Counted from the whole stretch's first letter, positions 39,041 through 52,194 are shown. The stretch: 63,246 nucleotides of DNA, filler included, from Choristocarpus tenellus KU-1152 (GCA_964200185.2; 15 parts of 15 records of this genome joined end to end with filler, not necessarily neighbours in it), one strand, 5' to 3'. Notes: a model not told the origin generated them from the letters alone. Numbers and translations are program-made.

Positions 39041-39793
39041 ACAATAGTAAGGAGGAGTTTTTTGCCCGACAGCCTTTTTTTTTATTGTATACAATAAATA
39101 TAAATAAATAAATAAATGGAGTAGTGATTAGTAGTCGTATGCACACCCCTCTAACTGTCATGCATTGCCAATACCCTTGGGGGACAGTGAGGGGGGAGGG
39201 AGGCAGTCCAACACCAACAATGAAGAACATCTCGGTCTCACATGTGCCCTCAATGGACCCAATGCCAGGGTGTTGACCAATTTAGTGCCCTTGAGAGACC
39301 TGTATGATTGCAACTCTCTGGATTTTCGTAGAATGACACCAAATGCACTGGGTCATAGTGGTTCAAAATCTGTACAGTTAATGTTTTTTTGTTTTTTTAA
39401 AAATAATATGACTTGATTAAAAAAAAATCAAGCGCTTCTGGTTCCTCTCTTCACGCACACACACACACACACATACACACATACACAGCTCATTTGTCGT
39501 CCCTAGTGTGAGAAAAGAGGAATTCTCTGATGTGAGAAGAGAAGAATTTCCGAGGTTTGACTTGGCGTACATTGAACTATTCTGAATTATTTCAATTCTG
39601 AATTGCCACTGATGTTGCATTCTTCAGAGCAAAGGGCTACTAACTGCCTTTAAAAAATCTCTTTTTGGGACCCCCTCATGGTGGTTGATCTCATGTGTTC
39701 AGACTCTTGATCGATCTCACCGGAAACCTTGTGAATCCGTATTTCATTCTCCACCCACTAAATACAAAAAATCATTGTGGGTGTATTTATGCT

Positions 39794-39872
39794 TAATGAA
39801 GGAGTGAACCACCAATGTAATGAAGGAATGAACCACCAATGTAATGAAGGAATGAACCACCAATGTAATGAA
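39794..39872 (+). repeat. 24-bp minisatellite (taatgaaggaatgaaccaccaatg) x ~3.3
   Basis: Direct repeats read directly; an inverted fragment, cttcattacattggtg, follows at ~39904. Confidence 0.85.
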
Positions 39873-39941
39873 ATACGGATTAAGGAGTGAACCGAACCAT
39901 GCGCTTCATTACATTGGTGTCCATAGCCCTTGATCAAGCAA

Positions 39942-40077
39942 GGCTCAAAGTATATGGGGGGGGGGGTCTACACAAGGGTGACCATTTGGCCCCTGACCAG
40001 GGTAAGTGCACCTACATTATTGATCTGACACATGCAACCAAATTCACTCAAAAATCGTGTCATGGAAAAATGGCCCC
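39942..40077 (-). mobile_element. MITE family B, truncated at contig end
   Basis: ggctcaaagtatatgggg.. followed by the reverse-complement internal sequence. Confidence 0.85.
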
Positions 40078-40177
40078 NNNNNNNNNNNNNNNNNNNNNNN
40101 NNNNNNNNNNNNNNNNNNNNNTTAATTAATTAANNNNNNNNNNNNNNNNNNNNNNNNNNNNNNNNNNNNNNNNNNNN

Positions 40178-41020
40178 CAGGGCAGGGGGACAGGTACGAC
40201 AGCACACTCCAATGGTGAAACACCTGCACCAACTACGCAAGGGGATGGGCATCCCTTGCACTACAGAGGATAGTAGCCCTTTCACAGTGGATAGGAATCT
40301 CCGTATGGATCTGGTGTTCCACGCAGGGGCACTAGCAGACACCGGAACAGCTCCCTACAGGGATAAAGGTCTCCTCCTGGATGTCACCTTCGAAGAGGTA
40401 CAGACAACCTCCCACCTCACACACTCATCCACCAGCAATGGTGTAGCTGCTGTTACAGCTGAGGCGCGAAAGCGTACCCACTATGAGGGTTAGGGTTATA
40501 ACCTCCTTTGATCCTCATAGTTACAACCTCAACACCTTTGCAGTGGAAAGTTTTGTACATCTTGGTAACCAAGCGGAATGCTTCCTGAATGAACTGGCTA
40601 CTCACATGGTAGGGGGGAGAGGAGCTGGAGGATATGGCAGGAAAGGAGTAGTTAAATCCCGGCTACGTCAAATTGTTTCGGTGAATACGCAAGTGGGATT
40701 GTCTAGACATGTCATGCATTTTAAACTAGAGTCACCAGGGAGATGGGCACGGAGGGGTTTGTTGGATTCTTGGGATGCCTCCCTAGCTCCCCCCCCTGGG
40801 GCGCAGGAGTAGGTAGGAAGCACAGGAAGACAGTAGTATAATATTGATAATGGTGAAGTAACTGATAGATTAGTGGTGGTTTTCACACTTACAGTGTTTT
40901 ATAGTGTGTTCACGTTTATGATATTTTATTTCTTTAGGGCTAATAATGACATATGTTTAGTTTTCATTTGTTTTCCCCCTGACACATCTGCAAAATGTCA
41001 TAGAGAGCATAATAATATAA
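40178..41020 (+). mobile_element. CRE-clade (RLE-type) non-LTR retrotransposon, 3' part
   Basis: RMDLVF..GLLLDVTF..AEARKRTHYEG / SFDPHSYNLNTFAVESF..LG (PD-D..K-xx-Y RLE pattern). Same conserved 3' end at ~40980-41020. Frameshifted by a 13-nt insertion at 40490-40502. Confidence 0.85.
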
Positions 41021-41084
41021 GTATTATGTGGTATATAAAGACCAATATGACAAAAAAATAAATTTCCAGCCCATGATTTCTGAC

Positions 41085-43654
41085 CTTATTGCAACAGGTG
41101 TTGTCTTCTGATGAGCACTCCATTAATACCTTGGCCAGAGATAGGCGAAGCTCATGTTCTGGCGGAGTTTCTATCAAGAGTAATATCAGAGTTGAAAACA
41201 GGGGTGAACAACAATGTGCCTGTGAGATTTTGAGGTGTATGTAGCAAGTTGAATTTACAATGGTCCGTTCTTGACTTTGCTGTCATGATCCACAGAAGCA
41301 AGGATATATAGGTCAACCAACAGAGTATCACAAAGGGAAAATATGCAAGGGTGAATAGACATGAGTAGCCACTTGGAAAAGAACAGAGTACAGATTTGAT
41401 GTACTGTAATGGCTTCAACTTGGTGGAACATGGTACAGGAACACATTCTACTACCAAGAATTCAAGAGAATCACTGAAATATCTGATGGCACAAATTAAT
41501 TAATCCTACAGCATCCCTACACTAAAAAAAATGCTCGATCAGTTTCTTCAAGGGGGAAACAGACACTGAGAAACAATTGTACTGAACCATTGAGAAGATG
41601 CATATAGATTTCTAACTGGCAAAGAATGATATTTTATGATTGATCACAACTGTTTATACTTTTTTATTTTATGTTCTGAACGGAAATGTGTTAGTACCAT
41701 ACTTTTGGTTCCTTCCACCAGTGCTAACGTGTCAGGAAAATCAGCAGATTCAGGTAGGGAACATTGGGCATCAGCCACTACCACCAGAAATCATGGTCAT
41801 TCACCTTTCAGAGACTAATTGTCATCACTTGCAACTCACATGGTCCCCAGGGGTTAACATACATGAGCTAAAATGACACTTGCACTGGACATGGATCACA
41901 ACCCACTAGAATTCAAATAGAGTACAAATAAAAAAATTGCAGGTACAACAAGCTAAATACCAGATCTACTGCATCAATATCCATGTGACAGAATAATTCA
42001 GGAAGGAGCGGTAATTGTAACAAGGTCAAGTCAACGAAAATTACAGGGCACAGGAGAGAGAATGAATCTTAGGTAAGAAACAATAAAAACCAAGACTAAG
42101 ATTGCTCTCTTCAAATCACATTTCTTAACCTTATCTCTATTTGCCGCTAGTAAATGGTACACAATAAACAACGGTACACATTAAATTGTGACACAGTCAG
42201 ACACAACTCACGACATGTTGCCAATCGCTTGTATGCTTCTTCTGCACAAGATGCAGCCTCTTGCATGTTGCATTGGCTTAGACGAAGATTGGCCATGGCA
42301 TGTAGTGGCTCTGGCCCCCCACAATCATATTCCATGCTCCTGTTCAATGCAGCCTAAATATATAGGTGGTGCAATGGAACAAGTCGAAAATGATCATCTA
42401 GGTTGGTTGTGGTAATGTTGTTGCAAGATCAGTATACCGAACAAGTGCAGAAGCAAAAAGTGGCAATAAAAAGAACCATCAAGGTGTCCATGATAATTGC
42501 AATGTATCAACAGTATTGGATCCTGCAATCCTGATACGAACTATAGCTACTGCCCCTGTGTGCTGATTGTTTGTGAGGATGAGGGGCTTAAACCAAGAAC
42601 ACCACAATCACCCTGAGCAACATGTAAACTTTTACGAGTTTGATAATATAGCGATACCCTACGAAACCCTAGTCATTAACAGTAGAAAATAGTGTACTGG
42701 TGCAGCCGAATACAGGATACCCATGAGAAGAGTCGTGACAGAGCCCCAGTCAACTATCTGCCTATTTCGACCTTCATCTATAGGCTCACCTGACATCGTC
42801 CTTCAGCATCCGACTCGAAACAAAGATCTGTCAAAAAAAGTTCAGCTACACTGCAGTATGCTGAGCACAATTTTTGTTTCAGCACTGCTACAGTAGCTTC
42901 TTGCTGATCTCCAACCAGCAAGTCCCGGTGCAAGATTTGCAGACCCTTTTCGTAAAATGTAAGTGAATCGAGGCCTTCATGTAGCTGGCCCATATATAGG
43001 TACTTTTCGGCCCCTTGATCTGGTGACAGCGAGATGCTTCGATTCAAAACCTTTTACAGGGGTCAAGATAGAAAGACAAAATAGGTCAACACACACATAC
43101 ACCAACATTGTTGTACAACACATCGAGTATGTGTCAATCAATCACCCCACTCCCTTCATCTTAGAGTCGCAACCAGGAGTGAAAGAAAATGGAAAATACC
43201 AGACGTTCCCCCGCTTCACCTACGATACTATAGCATTCTGAAACAAGCTACTACCATCCCATTTTAGTCGTTGTGCTTGTTGAACAACTAAGTCGGATGC
43301 AACACACGAAGTTACCATCTTCTCAGTAGCGAATTATCCTCCACACCACTCACTGCTTACAATAACAAGACGTCTCATGCTGCACTAGAGAAAAACCGTT
43401 GCGATTCAGGAGAGAGAAACGGTGCTGACCCCATAATCTGGGGTGCTAAGAGTCAGCAACCTCACCTGACTAGCAACTTCGGTATTTCCAACCTGCAGCA
43501 TAACCTCGGCAACTTCGCACATGAGAGCAACATCATCTGGTCGAGATTTCAATGCTCTTTCGTAGAACTGGAGACCTAGTTCGGGCTCAAGACGATCCAC
43601 GGCCAAGCGTGCCTGGACCAGCAAAGCCTCGACAACGTCGTCTTGTCGTGCCAT
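41085..43654 (-). CDS. ACL4: Acl4-like TPR protein (assembly chaperone of ribosomal protein L4), 4 exons, 3'-truncated
   Basis: Exons 43466-43654 (an upstream ATG at 43747 is possible), 42790-43050 (..GAEKYLYMGQL..SAYCSVAELFLTDLCFESDAEGRC), 42212-42353 (PEPLHAMANLRLSQ) and 41085-41170 (PPEHELRLSLAKVLME). Phases are compatible and the motifs are typical of Acl4. Confidence 0.85.
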
Positions 43655-44754
43655 TTTCTCCTGCTTCTGAGGTTTCCGCTCAGGAATTGAACCTGTAACT
43701 CGTCGGTAGGAGAGGCTTCCACGTTCCTTTCGTTTCTCCTTCCTCATCCTGTATTGTCATTCCATAATTTACGTCTGCAGTTCCTGGTATTCAGGTTGGT
43801 AGTATAGTAGAGAACCACCATCCACACTGTAACGTAGTGCAGTATAAATAACGTACACATCACCATCAACATCTCCAACGCAACGTAGCATAAGATGATT
43901 CAACGTACATATCATCATCTCCCTCCACCCACTCCACCACTAAATTCATTGAGAGGAGATCTACAATCTGGATTCGATTATCCAATTCACATGGCAAACA
44001 TAATGAACTGTATACCTGTACAACCTCTATAATCCTATCTTTCGCTACACTGCAACAAACTACTGGATCAAGATTGACGGGGAAAGTTCGTAGTGGATCC
44101 AGGACAAGATTAGAGGGAGGAAAGAAAGGAGATAGAACATTAGGTGTGAGTGTTGAACCCAACGTGTAAGACACTAGGCAGGAACTGAGGCAACACAATT
44201 AGGTACAGTAACAGGTAGAATAAGAAGTAGAGCAGTGTGTGTAGTTCCTCTCACCACACAGGTTAGGATAATCTCGAGGCTCGAAAAAGACATACGTCTA
44301 CGACACTTACATTGTCCGTCATACACAGTGCTACTGTTATCTTGCTCTACAACATCTGGTACCAGGACAGCGTTTGGGCCTCGGAATATATTATATTCCT
44401 TCTTTCGGAATTAATTTTAACATAACTTTTGCAATCTCCATTCTCGTTGGGGAATGACTCACGTGAGAAACCCTTTGGACGAGGTCTGGTTCTCAAATAG
44501 ATTGGGAGGTGAGCAAAGTTTGAGATGGTGGGCTGTTATGACTATGGAGGATCACCATTGCAAAGTCGACCAAGTCGCATTTGATGGGTTTCAAAGACCT
44601 CGTGAAATTGTCTAAACATGTGTTTATTGGGATGTCGAGGATGAAGGCCCCCTCTCGTTCAAGCGAATCGCTCATCGCATTATAGCTTGTCAGTCACAAT
44701 CCTTCGACCCAGAAGTCTGTCCGGGGTCCAGACTCAAACTCTCCTATAAAGAAT

Positions 44755-45245
44755 AGTGTGGTGGTACAATGCCTGGAGGCAAAAGGCTCCAAGACTCAGA
44801 CGCCTTGGAGGATGACGACGACCATTGCAGAAAAATTCAAAATTTCCCGAATCACTGTGCTCTCTCATCTGAATGAGTGTGACAACCAGGTCATACGGCG
44901 TGAATGTGTGGACCTTGTACAACACCGCAAGAGGCAATGTGGCTGCAGCACAAGTATCCTCAGTACACTGCGTATCCTTGTTCAAATCGGCAGCCAAAGC
45001 TGGGGTCTCCCTTGTCCTCTGGTATCTACGCAAGTTCAAGAAGGTGAAGTAGTGAATTAATTACGCCAGTCCTCTCAAACCAGCAGAAAGAAGACAGACT
45101 GGGTTTCGTCATCAGTCACACATGCAGAAGGGGGGGAAGTAAGATATTCATGGATAATCTCTATGACTGGGTGCATATGGACGAGAAGTGGTTTTGCATC
45201 CTTAAAGATGGGCAAGGTGTGTACCTGCACCCCACTGAGACCCCC
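44755..45245 (+). mobile_element. Tc1/mariner (plant-mariner/DD39D-like) transposase remnant
   Basis: MDNLYDWVHMDEKWFCILKDGQGVYLHPTETP at 45150-45245 (VHxDEKWF motif). HTH-like TTIAEKFKISRITVLSHL upstream. Frameshifted. Confidence 0.78.
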
Positions 45246-45345
45246 NNNNNNNNNNNNNNNNNNNNNNNNNNNNNNNNNNNNNNNNNNNNTTAATTAATTA
45301 ANNNNNNNNNNNNNNNNNNNNNNNNNNNNNNNNNNNNNNNNNNNN

Positions 45346-45485
45346 GTGTCCATTTGGACCAAAGTCAGGAAAAAGTGTATTTACACTATCCATCCGACGT
45401 ATGCAACCAAATAACCCAAAAATCGAAAAATAAAAAAATTGACCCCAAATGGACAGCTGCCACCCCCTCCCAGATACTTTGAGCC
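45346..45485 (-). mobile_element. MITE family B, truncated at contig start
   Basis: Ends ..aaatggacagctgccaccccctcccagatactttgagcc. Confidence 0.88.
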
Positions 45486-45593
45486 AGGTTGCAACACACA
45501 AACCAAGACTAAAGACCGTGCAGTTAGTTACTTGGTGACTGGTATTCAGCGAGTATGTATTGAGTAGGTCGTGTCAAGATGAAACCTTCTTAC

Positions 45594-48061
45594 CTGCCAA
45601 TGCGCGTGCTGGATGATGTAATTCCCTGCGTGATCGAGGCTGTTGTGGTACTTGTCAATAAGCCTTGTGAGGGTAAGGTGGGTGGCTGTGCAGACAAGGT
45701 TACAACCTGCGCGAACAATGATGTCTAACAACTGTTGACAAAAAGTACTCTGCTTACGTATTTTTTATTTGGAGCAAAAAAGAGGGGTAATGTAATTTGT
45801 TTATGCAATGTAGAGCACATACACCCATACGGCTGATGTACATGTCTGTGATCTCCACTACCCGTTGATTAGCTCTTACACTCCTCTCGCCCTAACCCTA
45901 AGCTGAGGCGTAGGAGGGCAGGGGAACACAGCGCATCATCAGTTAATCGACTGTTCACTAGGCCTGCGGTATCTGTAGGCACATCGTGTAAGGATGTACT
46001 CGTCCTTACGGATTTACCCTACGGCAGGTCCACTCGCCACGACAGTAAATTAAGTGGTGCGTGTGCAACCAGCATCTATTCAGTCATGTGATTGTTCTCC
46101 ACGACCCACAATACGTACCACCTCCAAGATTGATAGGAGTGAAGAACACCTCTGCGAACTGCTGGCCTTCGACGTGTGCGGCCATGATCTTCTGGCGCTC
46201 GGAGTAGCCCCTGATAAGGGGGACATGAACGAAAGGAACTTGTAAACAAAGGTCATCATGATGAACGGAATAGGTAGTGGAATTATGTGCGTTTGTTTGG
46301 CGATTATTTCTTGGGACTTTGCACTCATCCGTAGAATAAAACATGGTCGTCTATTCTGTTCCGCGTGCGGCTGCAAAGTTGTTGTCGGATGGACTATGCG
46401 TGCGTGTGGTTACCTGTCACCGCCGTGAGTAGGTGGGTAAAGTGCTGGGAGGGTGTGTGCTGTCTGGTTCGCGGCGTCTACGGACATGAACACGAAGTCG
46501 AGAGGTTTGCCGTCGGCTTTGGCCCGCATGGCGCTGCTGGTGCTGTTGGCGATGACCAGCCGATCCGCTTTGATAATCTGGCGAATGGGGGACAGCAACA
46601 TCATGTGAATTAATAAAATAAATCTGCTCAGAGTTAAAAAAAAAATGCCACTTGTTAACACGTATCAGGTTAGTAACAAGAATGTAGTGTGGGTAACATT
46701 AGATGTTTGTATTGGGATATGTTTTGTATTGCTGTGTTCAAGACAAACACAGTGTTATCGGGATGGTAGGAAGTACGTACGTACCGGGCCGGAAGACCAC
46801 AACATGACCTGTCCCTCCCACAGCCCGTTATTCACGACCAGAAGCAGTCTATCATACAAGGGTGTTTGGGCAGCTAATTACAACAAGTTTTGCGGTGAGT
46901 GAGGCTACTGCTGCTGCCATAAGCACCTGCGTGGGAGTCTTCATTCGCAAAAGGAAACAGATGTTCTTGAAAACGGAGGGTAATGGCGGTGACATGTTGT
47001 CACTGTACCCTTGTTGCAAAATTAACGCTGGACACCTACCTCTCGATGGTCTGACAGCTCCTTATCGATGGACTCAAGGACGGTGGAGTCATTCGTGGGT
47101 TTTACACCGACGCACCGTGCCGCTTCTCTTTTAACGTGACACATATGCCACATTTCATAAACTCGCCTCCTACCCTCACCCTGATATTGGGCCTGTCCTC
47201 TCTGAGCAATTGGAGGAAGTGCGCCCTGCTTACCCACTTGGAAGGGTTGTCAGGATACACCTGTATTACTTCTTTGCAAAAATTCTTGTATAGCTCCTAA
47301 TTAAAAATGTTGTTTGTGTGGGCAAGTGAGGAGTTATTGAGAAGGAACACTCGAAGAACACCCCTGCAAGATCTCTCGAAGGCAGGCTGACCAATAACTT
47401 GACTGAGAACGCGGAAGACAGGATCAAGCAAGCTTACATCGTGCGTTACGAAAGAGTAAATGCAATGATCTTCGTAAATCTGCCATGAGCTTCATTCTGT
47501 TCCGGCCTTGCTGCCGTTTGCAGAAACGGCTAAGGAGGCGAATCTACCATCATCATCATCATTATCGCGAAGCACTTTAGACATACGAAGTACACACTTT
47601 TCCTACCAATGTCAGACCGGGCCCGGGGCCGCAGAGTAGGTATGCGCGGCGTTGAAATAACAGTTATTGTGTCTTCCTTCGTAAAATCGACAAAGAGTAT
47701 CATGAATATTGTAATATCGACATAGCTAACGAAAAAGATAGCACTTTGTATGATTCTTGACATGTTCTTTTAACCATAATATCAGACCGGTCAAAGTAAT
47801 GAACATCCACCACTCGAAATACTACTTAGATCCACCTTTTCTACGTACTGCCGGGTCACACTGTTTACATCCAACTCCAACACAGGGTGCAGCCAACCTC
47901 TCCACAACCAAGGGCAAAAACCGACCTGTTTGTTCGCGGCGTAGATCACAATTGTGGACTTGTGAGGCATGAACTGTCCGTATGTATCAGCCCAGTAGTC
48001 TATCCAGGGCATCACCAGGTCTCGCTTCGGAGCCATGTCCTTATCTTTGTTCGTGCCGTTC
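45594..48061 (-). pseudogene. Intron-containing Sola-like DDE transposase with one frameshift
   Basis: Exons 47926-48061 (WIDYWADTYGQFMPHKSTIVI), 47040-47296 (ELYKNF..SRAHFLQLLREDRPNIRV..FMKCGIC..[frameshift ~47110]..LSDH), 46414-46577 (FVFMSVDAANQTAHTLP), 46119-46210 (QKIMAAHVEG..LGG) and 45594-45706 (GCNLVCT..HAHWQ). The order W..G.xMP / KCxxC..H / D-xx-Q..LP / GxN / LxxQ(xD) is characteristic of Sola-type transposases. Confidence 0.68.
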
Positions 48062-50226
48062 CTGTTGTAGTAGCGCACGTATGTATATGGATGGATAGGA
48101 TATGTGTTGGAGGTGGATACGAGGGACGGGGGATGGAATCCTAGAGGGATCGTATGCCAGCAGCGGATCACATATTCTGTAGATATTTACGCGTGGTACA
48201 TGCTGCAGCATTGCGGGGACAGTCGGATGAGATGATATTGTTGAAGCATGAAAAACATATCGCATGTGTATATACATACATAGGTCAGTCATTACTCACG
48301 CTGGAGGGATNNNNNNNNNNNNNNNNNNNNNNNNNNNNNNNNNNNNNNNNNNNNTTAATTAATTAANNNNNNNNNNNNNNNNNNNNNNNNNNNNNNNNNN
48401 NNNNNNNNNNTCTATGGAGCTTTTCATTGAGGATGGGCTTGACCCAAAATTGACTGGGATAAAGTGTCGATATGTTTTTTTTAATTTTTATATATTATAT
48501 ATTATATTTTTATTCTCAATTTTTGAAATCGGCTGTTCATTGCCATGAGTTGCGTGATCTCCTGTGTAGAAGTATTATCTGATACGAATTATTCCTCAAT
48601 TCATGTGTTCTTAAAGGCTAAAAAATATGTAGGTGAGGTGTCAAATGTGAAGAGCAAGAGACAGGTTCATTGTGATTATCCTACTACAGAAGGAATTTCT
48701 ATTCTATTTGACTGCATTCTCGAATATCACTGAAGGAGAGAAAGTATTTACGTGCCTACCTACAAGAAGAGAGTAGTAACACCTGGTCGTGATGAAGGCA
48801 CTATTAAAAAGTTATGTCACATGTTGTATGTTTTCAGTTAAGAAAAACAAAGTATAGTCGAACTTTTGTTGACGGCTATTAACTCGGTTTTTCTGAATGA
48901 ATAGAACTGAAATCGATGAAACTGTCGCAGTTCACAACAATACTGTACTCAACATTACTATTGTCACCAATTAAATGTACTACTTCGAAGTAGTAAATAA
49001 TTTTATTATTCGTTTAATGAGTTGTTCATTGACTGATGGCTGCTTTAATGATAAAATGTTCCAAACACTATTTAGGATCCAGGAAGTCATTCTTAACTAA
49101 CTGAAGAAAATTGAGAGAAGAAACCAGACGCCTACTTCATACTTTTGTAAGGCTTGTGTTGAAGAAATAGGTGGAAACCATATAACAATAGTTGAACATT
49201 TTTTATACTCCGAAGTACTACACTACTTCAAAAAAATGTGTTTTTCAATAATATTCACATGTTGGGTGGGTATATAATATACATAAAATAGATGATAAGG
49301 TTAATTAATGTTTCTTCATTCTTGAGTGGCTGTTCAGCTTGGTGATTAATGGAGGCTGATTCTTTCATGAACTCTACTGGTTTGAAACCCATCGATGCCA
49401 GAGACTACTTTCACTGAAACCTGTTTTGGATTCTTTGAAATTCATGCGGTAAGGGTGGCAATCCTTTTATGCAAAGTACTGCTGAGGCGTCTTCAGGATA
49501 AGATTTGAGGGAGGAGGCGGAGCAACAATCGGTTTAGGTTGGGTTTGGCATGACTGAGCCCAGCATGCGAGGACATGGCATGAATGGAGGCATTATTAAT
49601 AGTGTTAGTGGAAGACTTGAGTTTGATAAAGTGAAATGAGAGCATTTATTGTGAGTAGTAGTGGAAGAAAGCTTGGTCTAGAAACAAGGAGACTAAAGAC
49701 TCCCACCAGTTTCAATCCTTGTCTTACCCACCGACCAGGTGTCTCTAGACTAGGCTGATTAGCAACATACAGCTTGATATCACCACTAAGTTGTTTGAAA
49801 CTCTACTTAGTTAATAAAACATAGAGTACTGTGTGGAAAGCAGGTTTGTCTGTTGCTACACCGTTATTGATGTATTCCATATACCCTTACACCGATTGAG
49901 GTTTTTTTCTGAGGACTTCGGCTCAACAGTGTAAAGGATATTCAGAGGGATAGATGTCTTTCCGTACCTTCTTTTTATTTTACGTTTTTCCGAAGGCGGA
50001 TCTCCCATCTCTACGCGGATTGTAATCCTCCCCACTTCCTCAGTTCCCCACCTTTTCCAGCACAAGTCTTTTCAGTCTTGCACTTGCGTAACCATAACCT
50101 CATCCTCTCGGTTACGGTTCGTCTTGGTCCGCCTGGTCCGTCTTGCCCAGTGATTCTCTTCACCACCCTTGCCTGAGTGAACCAAGGTGCCACAGAATCA
50201 CTCGATTCGTAACTTTAAATTACTAT

Positions 50227-50407
50227 GGCTCAAAGTATCTGGGTGAGGGGGTGGCAGCTGTCCATTCGGGACCCATTTTTCCATGTCGCCATTTTTGGGT
50301 GATTTGGTTGCATGTGTCGGATAGATAATGTAAGTGCACTTTTCTTGGTCGGGGTCTGAATGGACACCCTGGTGTTGATCCCCTCCCCCCCCCAGACACT
50401 TTGAGCC
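50227..50407 (+). mobile_element. MITE family B, full copy (181 bp)
   Basis: TIRs GGCTCAAAGTATCTGGG / CCCAGACACTTTGAGCC; TAT on both flanks. Confidence 0.92.
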
Positions 50408-50409
50408 TA

Positions 50410-50951
50410 TATTATATTATTATGCCCTCTGACATTTTGCAGATGTGCCAAGGGAAAAACTAATGAAAACTATTAACATGTCTGAAGAATCCCTAAAGAA
50501 GTAACAGTTGTCACAAAATTGATAAATGTTAATCTATTTCCTATTTCCTATTTTAGTAGTATGTTGTACTACTACTACTGCCTTCCTATGTCTCAAACCT
50601 ATTCCTGCACCCCAGTGTGAGGAGCTAGTGAAGCATCCTAAGAATCTAACACACCCCTCCTTACCCATCTCCCTGGTGACTCCAGCTTAAAACGCATGAC
50701 ACGTCTAGATAGGGCTACTTGCGTTGTGACTGTGACTATCTGGCGTAGGCGGGATTTGACGGCTCCGCTTGCTTGCCGAGGCGCCCAAAAATTTCCACAA
50801 CAAAGGTGTTGAGGTTATAAATATGAGGGTCAAAAGAGCCCTCGTAGTGGGTGCGCTTTCGCGCCTCAGTTGCAGCTACACCATTGCTGGTGGATTAGTA
50901 TGGGAGGTGGGAGGGTTGCCTGTATTTCCGCAAAGGTAATCGAGTAGGAGG
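50410..50951 (-). mobile_element. CRE-clade non-LTR element, 3' end (continuation of 52200-52877)
   Basis: Reverse complement reads LLLD..AEARKRTHYEGSFDP..IVTVTTQVALSRRVMRFKLESPGRW, then the conserved 3' tail at 50410-50450. Confidence 0.82.
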
Positions 50952-52194
50952 TGTTTGATTAGACTCTTCCAACTCTATCGGACAGTTACGGTAAAATATG
51001 TATGGAGTAAGAGACAATCATTAGGGGTTGAGTTATCAAAACCTTTCACTAGTGATTAGCTGTATGAGCAAAGTTCTCATATAAAAATAAATATTTCTGA
51101 TTTTATGGGGTGCTGCATGCCCCACTTAGCTTTAATCGATCGCTCTACAGGCATCAAGCAATCTCGCTGGGTTCATCACCTTTATCCTCTTTGATGATTT
51201 GGGCGATACTGTAACACAACATATTATTGAAACTTAGGTTCCTAACCCATCATTTCATCATGTCTACACGAGGAGATGCGATTCTACCTGTTCCTGCCGA
51301 GGGCCCATCTGTCCAAGATTTCCGACAGCTTACGGCGATGGTAGCGGATCTGTCAAGAATCGTTGGCAATCTCATGTGTTGCAGTCTGATAGAGTCGGCG
51401 ACGGAAATCATCCCATCGTCCAGGCCACTGTGCCCAGCATACAGTCTCCAGCTGGACACGTACCAGTTGAAGTGGGTCCTATGGAACCCATGTTGAGGGA
51501 AAATTTCCCAGAGAGGGGAAACAGTTCAGATGCTGTGAGTATCAGAAGTGGGGCGAGACGAAGGTCCGGTTCTTCGGAGAGCTTGGGGTCAGGCGCACAT
51601 ATTGTTCGCCCTACGACAAAGCGATCAAGGACCCAACCACCGAAACTATTGGACGACTCAACCTACCGGGACTGGCGGAGGCGTTTCATCATGCATTGCT
51701 GATATACCCACTGGGTGCATTGAGAAGTGAAAGAGCAGTCAACCAAGAACGATCCTACGAGGAACTTCTCTCGGACGGCTTCAATGCGAATGATATCTGG
51801 ATGCCCAAAGAGGCTTACCATGCACTTACTGTTGCTCTCGTCGCACCCACCACCAGGGCGCTGTGCTATACGCATCAAAGCCGGAGCGAGCTTTTCCGAG
51901 CGATAGATAATTGGTTCATGCCTAATACAGTGTGAACGTTTTTCCATACAAGTTGTCAATGTAGTTGGTCTGAGTAATGGAGAGGGTACCATGCTTCCAA
52001 TCTCTTGTGTAAGTGCAACCAGAAAACTGAGACAATAAGCCAAGGTTTTTGGTTGAGAACTCATCGTTCAGGGTAGCACAAAGATCATTGCAATTATCAC
52101 CAGACGCCAAAACCATCATATCTACATGAATGGCAAGCATCATCTTGATAACACAAACCCTCCTGAATCTAAATATACACGGATCAATCAGACA
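50952..52194. mobile_element. Rearranged Ty1/Copia-derived insertion
   Basis: Begins TGTTTGATT and ends AATCAGACA. Gag-like frames on + (51260-51935; PPKLLDDSTYRDWRRRF). Copia RT fragment on - (51935-52143; LAIHVDMM..FSTKNLG..GCTYTRDWKHGTLSITQTNYID). Confidence 0.72.

Noticed and set aside
39794-39872. CRISPR-like array
   Set aside because: Contiguous 24-bp units without unique spacers, in a eukaryotic context with no cas genes.
43828-44311. Possible solo LTR (TGTAAC...TTACA)
   Set aside because: No matching target duplication and no second copy in the window.
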